Below, piece after piece: positions 13,701 through 26,425 of a DNA stretch of 64,000 nt. The notes below the pieces were generated by a model. That model did no database searches. It worked only from the letters and a program-made list of their open reading frames with translations, and had not been told where the DNA came from. The stretch's first letter is position 1, and each line of letters opens with the position of its first letter. Source of the stretch: the human T2T-CHM13v2.0 reference genome, Homo sapiens; NCBI RefSeq assembly GCF_009914755.1, contig NC_060936.1; one strand, given 5' to 3'. Both the position numbers and the translations under genes were made by a program.

Positions 13701-15620
13701 TAAACCTCTCCAAGTGCCATCAGAGAACTAAAATGTAATGAGAACTAGAATAAAGTTGTCTTAAGGAATTGGTGCTCAGAGCCCAGGTAAGGCACTTTGT
13801 TTTGTTAAGCTTTAGTCCTGCAGATTAGGAAATAAACTCAAGAAACTTTAATGGGGGAACAGGGGAGTGAAATCCTATTATTCATTCAGAGCAGGAGCTC
13901 ATTTATATCTTTGGTGAAGTGTAGAACTCATACATACCTCAAAAATGACCTGCTCCTTACTGAAGCACTTGATTTAAACCACGGAGATTTTTTTTCTTCC
14001 AAAGTTAGGATGAAATATTTTACATATAGCAAATAAAGGACAAAATGGCTTGGCTAGTTAAGGCATGCTTACTTCACTTTTAATATAGACAAATAATAAT
14101 TCAAAATCCTCTTTTTATTTTTTTAAGTAAAATTATGTCCATCCCATGTGCAGATTCAATTTACAGACTAAGTACACAACCAAATCTAGCCTCCCTGGGA
14201 ACCATCCATTCGCTTAAGAAGGTGGAGGAGACACTGCTGTATTTTCTTAAAGAGATTTCTGGCATTTTTTTTCCTCCTTCGTGTCGCCTTAAAGACTACC
14301 TTGAGAAATGTTGCCCAGCAGTAAAAGGAAAATGAGTTCAAGCTTCAAAATCAGGAAATTTGGGTAATAAAATGTACGTTATAAAGTCAATGTTGATCGA
14401 AAAATAAATCGAGCCCTTTTAAGTAGGTTGTCAGCCATGAGAAGTGAAGACCATCTGACTTCCTATAGAATTATTCAGCCTTCCTCAGGCAAAGGCTGCC
14501 TCCAGAAGGCTCGGAAGCTGCAAAAGTCTACGTTGACCCAAGATGGTAAAGCATTTGAACACACATATGGGATATGCACTTATTTACCATGTACTATGTT
14601 CAATTTAAAGAAAATAAATGCAAAGGCAGGAACCACGAACAAATAGAGGGTACGATTTTCCATAATTGCAAGGAGACTTAGGTAATGCTCTATGCGGTGT
14701 TTGATTTAAAATGTTAAAATATTAACAGAAGTTTTCTACAGCAGAGTGTTCCTATCACAGTGAAATGACTCATAAGAATGCTAAATTCAAACCAGATGGG
14801 CACAAACATTAACTGAAAAAAAAATCAGATATTTAGGGGTCAGCATGGGTCTTCATAAAAATGAAGACCTTGTCTGAGTTATTGAAAAATGAACTTTCAG
14901 TGATAAAAAAGAAAACAAGAGAAAATAGTAGTGACTTTATTTTAATTATACAAGCCACTGTCAATTAGAAGAGCTAACATTTACAAAACTTTGTATTGCC
15001 ATTTTAATTTGAAAAAGATGACTATGGTGGTCTTGAGACTTCAGATAAACAGGGATGTCAGTATCTCCTTTATAGCCAGAGTCAGGGACTCATTAGTTCA
15101 ACTATGTGCCATGCTAATAGTCTACCAGAATCTCCTCGCTTCTCACCGAGAAAGAACCATCATTGAAGATTTGTGTAGTAGAGAAACCTCCAACCATCAA
15201 TCTGTGGCATAATGCCAGCCTTTGCTCTTCCTTCAACAGACCACAGAGGAAAATTCTCATTCCTGGGTCAGACATCCCACCAAATCTCCTCTGCTCTCTT
15301 GTTAAAAATATGTTTTCTTGCATTTCTCCTTTTTTATTTGTTCCTCCAGAGCTTTTTACCATTTGCAGATTGTCTGCAACATGTGCTGGGTTTAAATGTG
15401 TACATACCCTACAGGAAGAAAAATATGCGGGCTCAGAATTAATATTGTTTTTGACTTATAGGGAAATTCCAGTTGTGTTTAACTTGGACTGTGGGATCCA
15501 GGAACTTTACAGAGAGGAGAAACCAATGTGTTTTGAGCAAAAATGTGTATGGGGAGTTCCCTACTGTTTTGTTGCTGGAATCTTGGACAACACAGAGAAA
15601 AATGACAAGCACATAATTTA

Positions 15621-16100
15621 GTCTGGCAGCCATACCACTCTGTGCTGTGAGCCTGTCAGTTCTTTCTAGCTAAGTAAGTGCTGGCCTGCTTTGGTGCAAG
15701 GATGAGAGACCTCCCAGGAACAAGTAGGTACTTCAGGAGATGGTGTTTCGCATTCAGTAGGTGGCCTCTCCTCTCCGGGTCCATGTGAATCGATGCCCCG
15801 CGTGGTGTTAGGGGGCACTGTCTGCACTGAGCTGTTTACCTTTTGTATGAAACTTAAAACCACAGACCTAACCATTTGTGGTCACCAGAGATCTTATGGC
15901 AGACTTTCTAAGAGCAGTTGTGTTAACTCCAGAATCCTGGCCGGAGTCCAACTAAAGTAATTACATTCTGCCTCCCTAAAATACCCCCTGCAGTTTCAAT
16001 TGAATACAATAGTCTTAGCCCTCTGTCTCAAAGCTGGGCATGATATTAGGATTCCATGCAGGAACAGCCTGTGATTCCATGCTAAAAGAAGTGATTCCCC
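15621..16100 (+). mobile_element. AmnSINE1 (5S rRNA-derived Deu-SINE), near full length
   Basis: 5' end resembles 5S rRNA (gtctggcagccataccactctg; box A-like agctaag at 15668; box C-like ggatgagagacc at 15700-15711). It continues into AmnSINE1 body motifs: attcagtaggtggc, tggtgttagggggcactg, accatttgtggtca, gtaattacattctgcctccctaaaataccccctgcagtttcaattg, gaagtgattccc. Confidence 0.85.
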
Positions 16101-16309
16101 AATCCTCACCAAGGTGTAGTGATGCTTAATTAATTAGTGCTCATAAAAGCCTGCGGAGAACCACAGTTTCAAAGTGCTCACAGTATGCAAAGTGGCAGGA
16201 ATGTTCACATGTTCATCTGTCTGTAAAAGCCAGCAGTCAGTGTGGTCTCAGACTGCCTTCACAGAAGCAGAAATTCAGGACAAGGGAGGTAGGGTTGTGT
16301 CCCATTGCC

Positions 16310-16478
16310 CTCTGGCCTGGAAATATATCTGGAGCAGTGTGCTCAACTCTGGAGATGCACTTAAAAAGGGTACCTCATCTAGGTAGAGCAAGTCCTCAGA
16401 GGCCATCAGAATGAGGAAGGATCTAGAAATGATGTCATATGAGGGATGGTTAAAGGAACTTGGGGCGTTTAGCTAAAA
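16310..16478 (+). mobile_element. L3/CR1 LINE fragment
   Basis: ctggagcagtgtgctcaactctgg...atgtcatatgagggatggttaaaggaacttggggcgtttagc resembles the CR1/L3 ORF2 3' region. Confidence 0.7.
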
Positions 16479-16524
16479 AGGAAGGAAGGAAGGAAGGAAG
16501 GAAGGAAGGAAGGAAGGAAGGAAT
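16479..16524 (+). repeat. (GGAA)n microsatellite, ~11 copies
   Basis: Seen directly in the sequence. Confidence 0.95.
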
Positions 16525-16749
16525 CCATTCACCAAGACCAAATTCAAGTCTATCAGATGAAATGCATTCCTCCAAGGACTCATTTAGTCCTCACTGTCTG
16601 TAGCACTAATTTGGACCTTTTCACAGGCTCTTATTGGCTATCTAATTAATTCTGAATGTCTTCTCTCGTTCAACATGTGTCTAAGACTTCCCAGAGCAGG
16701 CACCATGCTTGATAGGTCGTATCTGTAGTAGTGGTAAGCAAAGTAAATT

Positions 16750-17002
16750 CAACTCAGTCCTTTGCAGGAGCTGTTTATTAAGAACCTGTGACATGTGTGC
16801 TGGGTGTACAAAGATGACTAAGATAAACCTGCCATCAAGTGTGACTTCTAACTGTATGGCATAAATTATAAAAGAACAGATAAATAAAAGAAAGAAAAAA
16901 ATCCCACCAAGTTAGAAGGTTCAGGAAAGATTTTTATGAAGGAAGAACATATTTTTTAATAAGTTAACGTGTCAGGGGAAGACATTTTACAGGGAAAGAG
17001 CC
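16750..17002 (-). mobile_element. L2 fragment, resumes at ~20043-20180 after the MER75 insertion
   Basis: tttattaagaacctgtgacatgtgtgctgggtgtacaaagatgactaagat...ttcaggaaagattttt; continues as gtgcaagggcctgaaagtggg. Confidence 0.55.
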
Positions 17003-17006
17003 TTAA

Positions 17007-17320
17007 CCCTTTCTCCACTTAGAAAAAAAAAAGTGCAGCTTTCTGCCAGCACTCATTTAATTTTACATAAACACACTCCTTGAGGCTGAAGAAAATCTGA
17101 CTGATTTTCAATGTGAAAATAAAATATAAAAACTGTTCTTGGAGTTATTTCTAAACAGAACTAACATCAGAATTGTCTGATTCATTGAAATAGTCTATTT
17201 CAGAAAAAAGTCAGATTCATCAAATTAATCTTCAGCTAACAACTGTTTGAGAACAATGTTACCACGTGTAGGAATGTCACATTTTCTAGGATTTGACATT
17301 TTCAGCAATCAAGAATTACT
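17007..17320 (-). mobile_element. MER75 (non-autonomous piggyBac), 3' part
   Basis: TTAA at 17003-17006, then terminal repeat CCCTTTCTCC; body matches the MER75 reverse complement (aaaaaagtgcagct...tgaggctgaag...aactgttcttggagttatttctaaacagaactaacatcagaat). Confidence 0.9.
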
Positions 17321-19049
17321 TTCTCTTTCTCTCTCTCTATATATATACACACACATAAATATACATATATACACATATATTATATATGCGTATTTATATA
17401 TTACATATAAACATATATACACAAATATGTATATATTATATATACAATATATACACAAATATGTATATATTATATATACAATATATACACAAATATGTAT
17501 ATATTATATATACAATATACACACAAATATGTATATATTATATATACAATATACACACAAATATGTATATATTATATATACAATATACACACAAATATGT
17601 ATATATTATATATACAATATACACACAAATATGTATATATTATATATACAATATACACACAAATATGTATATATTATATATACAATATACACACAAATAT
17701 GTATATATTATATATACAATATACACACAAATATGTATATATTATATATACAATATACACACAAATATGTATATATTATATACACAATATACACACAAAT
17801 ATGTATATATTATATACACAATATACACACAAATATGTATATATTATATACACAATATATACACATAAATATGTATATATTATATACAATATATACACAT
17901 AAATATGTATATATTATATACAATATATACACATAAATATGTATATCATATATATACACATAAATATGTATATCATATATATACACATAAATATGTATAT
18001 CATATATATACACATAAATATGTATATCATATATATACACATAAATATGTATATCATATATATACACATAAATATGTATATCATATATATACACATAAAT
18101 ATGTATATCATATATATACACATAAATATGTATATCATATATATACACATAAATATGTATATCATATATATACACATAAATATGTATATATTATATATAC
18201 ACATAAATATGTATATATTATATATACACATATATACACATAAATATGTATACATTATATATACACATATATACACATAAATATGTATACATTATATATA
18301 CACATATATACACATATGTGTATACATTATATATACACATGTGTGTATACATTATATATACACATGTGTGTATACATTATATATACACATGTGTGTATAC
18401 ATTATATATACACATGTGTGTATACATTATATACACATGTGTGTATATATTATATATACATGTGTGTATATATAATATATATAATATATTATATAATATA
18501 TACAATGCATATATAATATATACACATGTGTATATATTCTATATACACATATATACACATATGTGTATATTATATATACACAGATGTGTATATTATATAT
18601 ACACAGATGTATATGTAATATATACACAGATGTATATGTAATATATACACATATATGTGTATATGTTATACATACATATGTGTATATGTAATATATACAT
18701 ATATGTATATATTACATATTCACATATGTATATATTACATATACACATATGTGTCTATATTATATATACACATATGTGTCTATATTATATATACACATAT
18801 GTGTCTATATTATATATACACATATGTATATATTATATATACACATATGTATATATTATATATACACATATATGTATATATTATATACACATATATGTAT
18901 ATGTTATATATACACATATATGTATATGTTATATATACACATATATGTATATGTTATATATACACATATATGTATATGTTATATATACACATATATGTAT
19001 ATGTTATATATACACATATATGTATATGTTATATATACACATATATGTA
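17321..19049. repeat. Compound TA/CA-rich minisatellite (VNTR), ~1.7 kb
   Basis: Successive arrays: 34-bp unit (aatatacacacaaatatgtatatattatatatac), 27-bp unit (acataaatatgtatatcatatatatac), then several 25-bp units. The periodicity of the ORF-track translations agrees. Confidence 0.95.
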
Positions 19050-19428
19050 TTAGATAACTTTGCCACAAAATATCTCACTTTCATTGTTATTATTTTTGCA
19101 TTGCTCTTATATAGTGACCTTGGAAACAAAAGACATCATTCTATTTATAGCATTCTGGTTTTAGTAATCATACTTTCATTTAAAAAATATAGTAATTTTT
19201 GGCCCGGCGTGGTGGCTCATGCCCGTAATCCCAGTACTTTGGGAGGCCGAGGCGGGCTCCCAAAAGTCAGTATATTCCGAATTGACCGTTCCTTCTGTTT
19301 TCTTTTCCTTCCCTAACTATATCTTCTATTTCAAGAAACATCTTTACATAATTCCCAGAAATTACTCCGTGTTTTCCCACTTTCAGGCCCTTGCACTTAC
19401 ACCCTCTGCCTGTTTGCCTCCTGAATAC
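19050..19428 (-). repeat. Inverted, order-permuted duplication of 19769-20168
   Basis: 19050-19257 is the reverse complement of 19769-19976; 19271-19428 is the reverse complement of 20011-20168; ~95% identity. Confidence 0.95.
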
Positions 19429-19516
19429 ATATAGATATATACACATATATATACACATATATACATATATATGTATGTGTGTATATATAAAATAAATATA
19501 TATACATATAAAATAA

Positions 19517-20037
<521 letters not shown>

Positions 20038-20196
20038 TGTAAGTGCAAGGGCCTGAAAGTGGGAAAACACGGAGTAATTTCTGGGAATTATATAAAGATG
20101 TTTCTTGAAATAGAGGATATAGTTTGGGAAGGAAAAGAAAACAGAAGGAGAGGTCAATTAGGAATATATTTTGGAGGGCTCTGAGAAATTAGTATT

Positions 20197-20581
20197 GGCT
20201 ATGGTTTTAATGTGTCCCCCAAATTTTATATGTCGGAAACGGAATCCCAGAATTCATATGTTGATGGTATTTGGAGGTGGGGCCTTTGGGAGGTAGTTGG
20301 GATTAGATAAAGTCCTCAGGGTGGGGCCCCCATGATGGGACTGGAGGCTTTCTAAGAAGAGGAAGAGAGACCCAGGCTGACACTCGGGCTCCTACCCTCT
20401 TGCCCTGTGGCGCCTCTGCCGTGCTATGACCCCGCATGAGGCCCTTGCCAGAAGCTGACCACATGCAGCCTCTCAACCTTGGACTGCTCAGCTTCTAGAA
20501 TTGTAAGGAACAAATTTCTTTTATTTGTAAATTACCCAGCCTCAGGTATTCTGTAATACGAACAGAAAACAAACTGAGATA
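20197..20581 (+). mobile_element. MaLR solo LTR (MSTD-like)
   Basis: gctatggttttaatgtgtcccccaaa...aattcatatgttgatggtatttggaggtggggcctttgggagg...aaattacccagcctcaggtattctgt. Confidence 0.8.
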
Positions 20582-22586
20582 GTGCATTACTGTTCAGCAA
20601 AAAGCAGTTGGCTATTGAAGGGGGAGCTACTGAGATGAGCCCTCCACCTCAGGATGCTGCTGTAGCAGGGCTGTGCCAGGCAGATGAGAGAGCCGAAGGC
20701 TGGAGTCCAGGTCATTTCTAGGCTAACCAGGGAGGGGGACTCTGGTGCAAAAGATGTGGGAGTGGGGGCCCCTTTCTCGATATCATAGGTAACCCCATAC
20801 TGGTTACCAACTTGACTTTCTGTGAGTGGCATAGCTCACCCTCACTACTTTCCCTGCGGCCCACCACCCCCACACTGGCAGGCTAACTGCATGGTACGCC
20901 CTGGGGGGAATAGGCTGAGAATTCTGAGCCTCAACTCCACCCAGTCTTGGAAATTCTAGCCCTTTATCTCTTTGCCCCTATAACCTGTATCAGAAGCTTA
21001 GATTAATCGCTGAGGGACTGCACCCAGGGAGGGATGGGGTGTTACTGGGGAAACTGGATTTACCCTCTAGTTGCTAGGTCTGGCTCCAAGTTCTAGGTTT
21101 CCTCGTTCCAAGTTCTAGGACCCTTGATATGAGCCATTCCTCTGGACCCTTTCCTCAGGGAGTTTGGTGAGGAAAGAACATGTTAGCATATCCTTAGAGA
21201 CTGCTGTGGCCTAAGAATAGAAAAAGAGGAAATCACTGCATTGTGGGGGATTCCAGTCCCTCCACTTCTTGCTTCTCTTGGGCCCAGAGAGAAGCTGTTT
21301 TCCTTTACAAACAGTGCAGTGCATACATCCAGGGCATAAGAGTTTTGTTCTTTCCTGCGCTTTGAGGAGACTACAGTGTATTTTGCCTTAAATATATGCC
21401 CCAACATTTACCAGCTTCACAGTCTGCATATTTCACTTCTAACACTGAGGTTAAAACAAAAATGAATACAATATTTTTTAGACGTGAATGAAATCAACAA
21501 GTTTTGTTTTGTTTTGTAAACTTTTGCCATAAACTGTGACTAGTTTTAATGATTTCACAAATTGCTATCTCTAAATTCTAGGAATGTGTGTTTGAGGCTC
21601 CCCTATTTTGAGATTATAGACAGGCCAAAGATACAATCTGAACAAATTTTTTATCAAGATAAGGGATGGGGGCTGGTGACATAGAATAAGGGTGTTTCCA
21701 AGAGGGTTCAGGACTGGGAGGGAAAATAATCCAAAGTTGTGACCTGTGTTGGACCAACAGTGAAACAAAAACAGCATAAGCTTCCTCTTAGAGAGTTGTG
21801 GGAACCTAGAAGTTCCTCTTATGCGAACACCTTCACTTAACAAGTGAGAAACATTAAAACTGAAAGAGAAATTTTCCTAAGCCCTGTTATAAGAAATAAA
21901 TGTGTAGGAACAGATTACAAGGCAGTATCTATAGTTTTAAGGGTTGGTTCATCAAGCCTATGTTTTGTTGATCTACTAACTACAAATTTGAATGCGAGAG
22001 GGACCAATATATAAAAATCCATTCCTTGTCTGAGTTCTTCAACCTGCAAACACACTCAATGATAACAGAAGAATATCAGGATGTGTCTATTGCAAGCTGT
22101 TTGTCTTATTTCAGCCTATTAGCATCCCTGGGAGGACGGCATTATCACCTAGTTGTAAAGATGAGGAAACTTGTTTGGCTAAAGTGACTCAACTTGTAAG
22201 ATATCAAAGTGTGATGTGTCTGGCTTCCAAGCCTAATGTTTTCAGTTGCAACGTAACTTTTTCTATGTTGATTTCCCATTAGCGCTAGGTCTACATGTGA
22301 AAATTTCAGTTCTAATTTCCGTTTTAGGAATGGTTCACACTCTGAATCATGTGAGGTTCCTTACGTGGCTTGCGACCAACTGGCCATTACAGTTAATCCC
22401 TCGAATCTCTTCCAGGGTATCACCAAATCATTCTCCAAATAAAATTATTCAAAAATCAAATCCAAGGATAAGAAAAAAGTGAGCAGAGGGGAGTCCATTA
22501 AGTTTCATCTTCTTCCAATTAGTTCAACACTCTTCACTTATTTGGCTGTTCCAAAGATATTTTGTCCTGCTTAAAAATAGAGGTGC

Positions 22587-23300
<714 letters not shown>

Positions 23301-23335
23301 AATTCTGTAAGATTCTATAAGTTCTCCTGCACTTG

Positions 23336-23785
23336 CCAGGTGTGGCAACTCATGCCTATAATCCCAGCACTTGGGGAAGCTGAGGCAGAGGCCAGGAGTT
23401 CTAGGTTACAGAGAGCTATGATCGTGCCACTGCACTCCAGCCTAGGCAACAGAATGAGACCCTATCTCTATTTTTTAAGAAGGGAGGGTACTGGTTGAGG
23501 TGGCTTACACCTGTAATCTCAACGCTTTGGGAGGCCAAGGTGGCAGGATTGCTTGAGGCCAGGAGTTTGACACCAGCCTGGACAACATAGCAAGACCTCG
23601 TCTCTGCTAATATATATATATATATTTTTTTTTTAATTAAATGAGCATGGTGATGTGTGCCAGCTGAGCTTAAGTCCAGGAGTTCAAAACTGCAGTGAAC
23701 TATGATCATGCCACTGCACACTCCAGCCTGGGAAACAGAACAAGACCCTGTCTCAAAACAAAACAAAACAAAAACAAACAAAAAA
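23336..23785 (+). mobile_element. Two tandem AluJ pieces (deleted copy 23336-23470; AluJo 23492-23785)
   Basis: Alu motifs; (CAAAA)n tail. Confidence 0.85.
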
Positions 23786-24558
23786 CCACAAAGTTTTCTG
23801 CAGTTGATCATGAGAGGCAAGCTGTCTCTTAAACTGAGAGCAGAAAAGCAATGGCAAGGAATATAGGAAACTTTTCTGATATCTTCAAGGTGGTAGAAAT
23901 TTTATAGTGGAAAAATACACTGCAATGCATTCTGTAGTTAATGAAACCATTTGTTCTTTAACAAATACTTATTGAGTACTTATGATGGATTAGACACTAT
24001 CAAACTTGCAATATAGCCTCATAATTGAGATCTGAAATAAATAAAGATTTAGGAACTCTTACCTCACTAACCTGGAAATATGATCTTAGCAGTAAGCTGT
24101 ATATTTCCATCCAGTGATGATAAAGAAAAAAGGGGAAAAATTTTGTTGTGGAAGCCATACATGTTGATAGTAGTTGCAAGGAATAACAGCACACACTTCT
24201 TATGAACTTGAAATAATGCTTCAAGCATTTCTTGCTTTCCACACAAATATATATCCGGCCACAAATGTAAACACTGTCCTCCCACATAGTCCTGGCATTG
24301 CAGAAAGAAAGAAGCATGAAACAAGGAGATCTCACCTCATGACCTCTGTATCCCAGCTCACACACGGTAACAGGACTTTCCTGATACATTTTAGTGAAAG
24401 TTCAATCAGATATCCTTGAATGATATACATACTTTTAAATACAAAGAAAAGGAAAATACTTTTATGATATTTTAAATTTGATCCTCTAGAAAGAAAATAG
24501 ATTTCAGTGATTATACTATCACTATTACTATTGCTGTTACTACCTTAGACATAAATAA

Positions 24559-24960
<402 letters not shown>

Positions 24961-24989
24961 TAAAGGACAAAAGTAAAAACTACATACTA

Positions 24990-25240
24990 TTTTTGGAATT
25001 GATACTACTATTTGGGGACACAGCATTCACTTCCAGAAATTTATTCTACAGATATGCTCACATGAGTGTGCAAAGTATACAAGGATGTTCATTGGTGTTA
25101 AAACAGAGAAAAATCAGAAATGAGAAACCGAGTGTCCTTCAACAGAGGATTGGTTAAATGAATTATGTTACATCCACAAATGGAAAATGAAAATTTCCTT
25201 TAAAAAATGATTTAGGCCAATATGGGATGATATGGAATAA
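24990..25240 (+). mobile_element. Old L1M (L1ME-type) 3' fragment
   Basis: cagcattcacttccagaaatttattctacagata...caaggatgttcatt...ggttaaatgaattatg. Confidence 0.6.
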
Positions 25241-26214
25241 CCATAATATATAAGGTCTTTTGACTCTAAGTTTAGTGTTCAATACACTATGTTGTCCATT
25301 TTGGTTAAAGTTGGGTCAGGAAAACAGAAGTCACTCTATGGAGGAAGGGCTTTAATGGAGGGAAGTAGAGGCTTACACAAACATTGGTAGGGTTGGGGAA
25401 CAAAGGTCAGGGAAGCCATCACCCATTATCCCAGTCTGCAAGACTATGTGAGCGGTTCTCAAGAGCTCTTCCGGAGGCTCTCAGCCTGCACTAAAGCAAA
25501 TGACTCTCAAAAAGCCATTACCAACTACAGCAGCCACTTGCAGGACCAAAGCAGGTAATTAGCAGGAGCTCACCCAGTAGCAACCATAGACCATTCATGT
25601 GTGATCAGCCCACACGCTGGCCTGAAAATGCCTCTGGAGAGTAATAGTCTCTCCTCTTCTCCCTTCTAGGTCTCACCATGGATCTCGCACTGGCCCACTC
25701 AGGCCCAGAAACAAGTGAAGAGGGAGATTCTTGGAAATGTGTTGCAGAAGAGACTGGGGAAGCTGGGGTGGCAAAGGTGAGGATTTGACCCCAGATAGCC
25801 CATCAATTGCCATTTACAATTGAGGTTACCATTGTAACCTCATTTGTAACCATTGTAACCATTGTTACATTTTATTTATTTATTGTAACCATTGTAACCA
25901 TTACAATGGCAATCTATTGCCATTTACAATAGAAGTTAGCATTAGGATCCTTTGACTGGTGGGCCAAGGCATATTTGAAATATAATTTTACAAGAAAAAT
26001 TTTAACTTATACCCAATTTCTCTAAAACAGCATCTTTAGGACATGTGCTCAATTCTCTCTTGAAGGTAGAAGTCATCTCTTATTTTCAGAACTGAGAAAT
26101 CAAAAAGAACTTCTGAGCTTCGAAAAATGTGCTGCCTTTTCTTTGAGTCCTTGCAGTAGAGGGAAGAATCTACAGAAAAGTTTGGCCTTTTGATTACATA
26201 ATAATAGCATCAGT

Positions 26215-26425
26215 TAACCCTTCAACTAGTGTAGTGCTTATTTGTGCAAGTGCTGTTGCACCCAAAATGTTTTGTGTAATCCTCCAGCAATCCCTGAAGT
26301 AAGTAGTAGCAGCCTCATTTTACAGTTGAGAAAAATCAAGACTGAGAAATTTCCGCAAGATCACGCTGTACTGTTTTGTGGAACCTAGACCTGAAGTCCA
26401 GCTCACTCTAAAACCCATGTTCTAA
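26215..26425 (-). mobile_element. MIR
   Basis: cctcattttacagttgagaaaaatcaagactgaga...caagatcac. Confidence 0.6.

Noticed and set aside
15163-15621. 152-aa plus-strand ORF next to the AmnSINE1
   Set aside because: TTG start, no recognisable homology, and a length compatible with chance.
15621-15740. Functional 5S rRNA gene or simple 5S pseudogene
   Set aside because: Too diverged, lacks the terminal T-run, and continues colinearly into the AmnSINE1 body.
17400-18200. CRISPR-like regular repeat array
   Set aside because: Head-to-tail units with no unique spacers, a eukaryotic context and no cas genes.
17247-19316. Long Tyr/Ile/His-rich ORFs (up to 229 aa) in several frames
   Set aside because: Translation artefacts of the TA/CA minisatellite, which is stop-poor in many frames on both strands.
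20780-21180. Possible old LTR fragment
   Set aside because: I could not assign a family or boundaries by eye; needs RepeatMasker.
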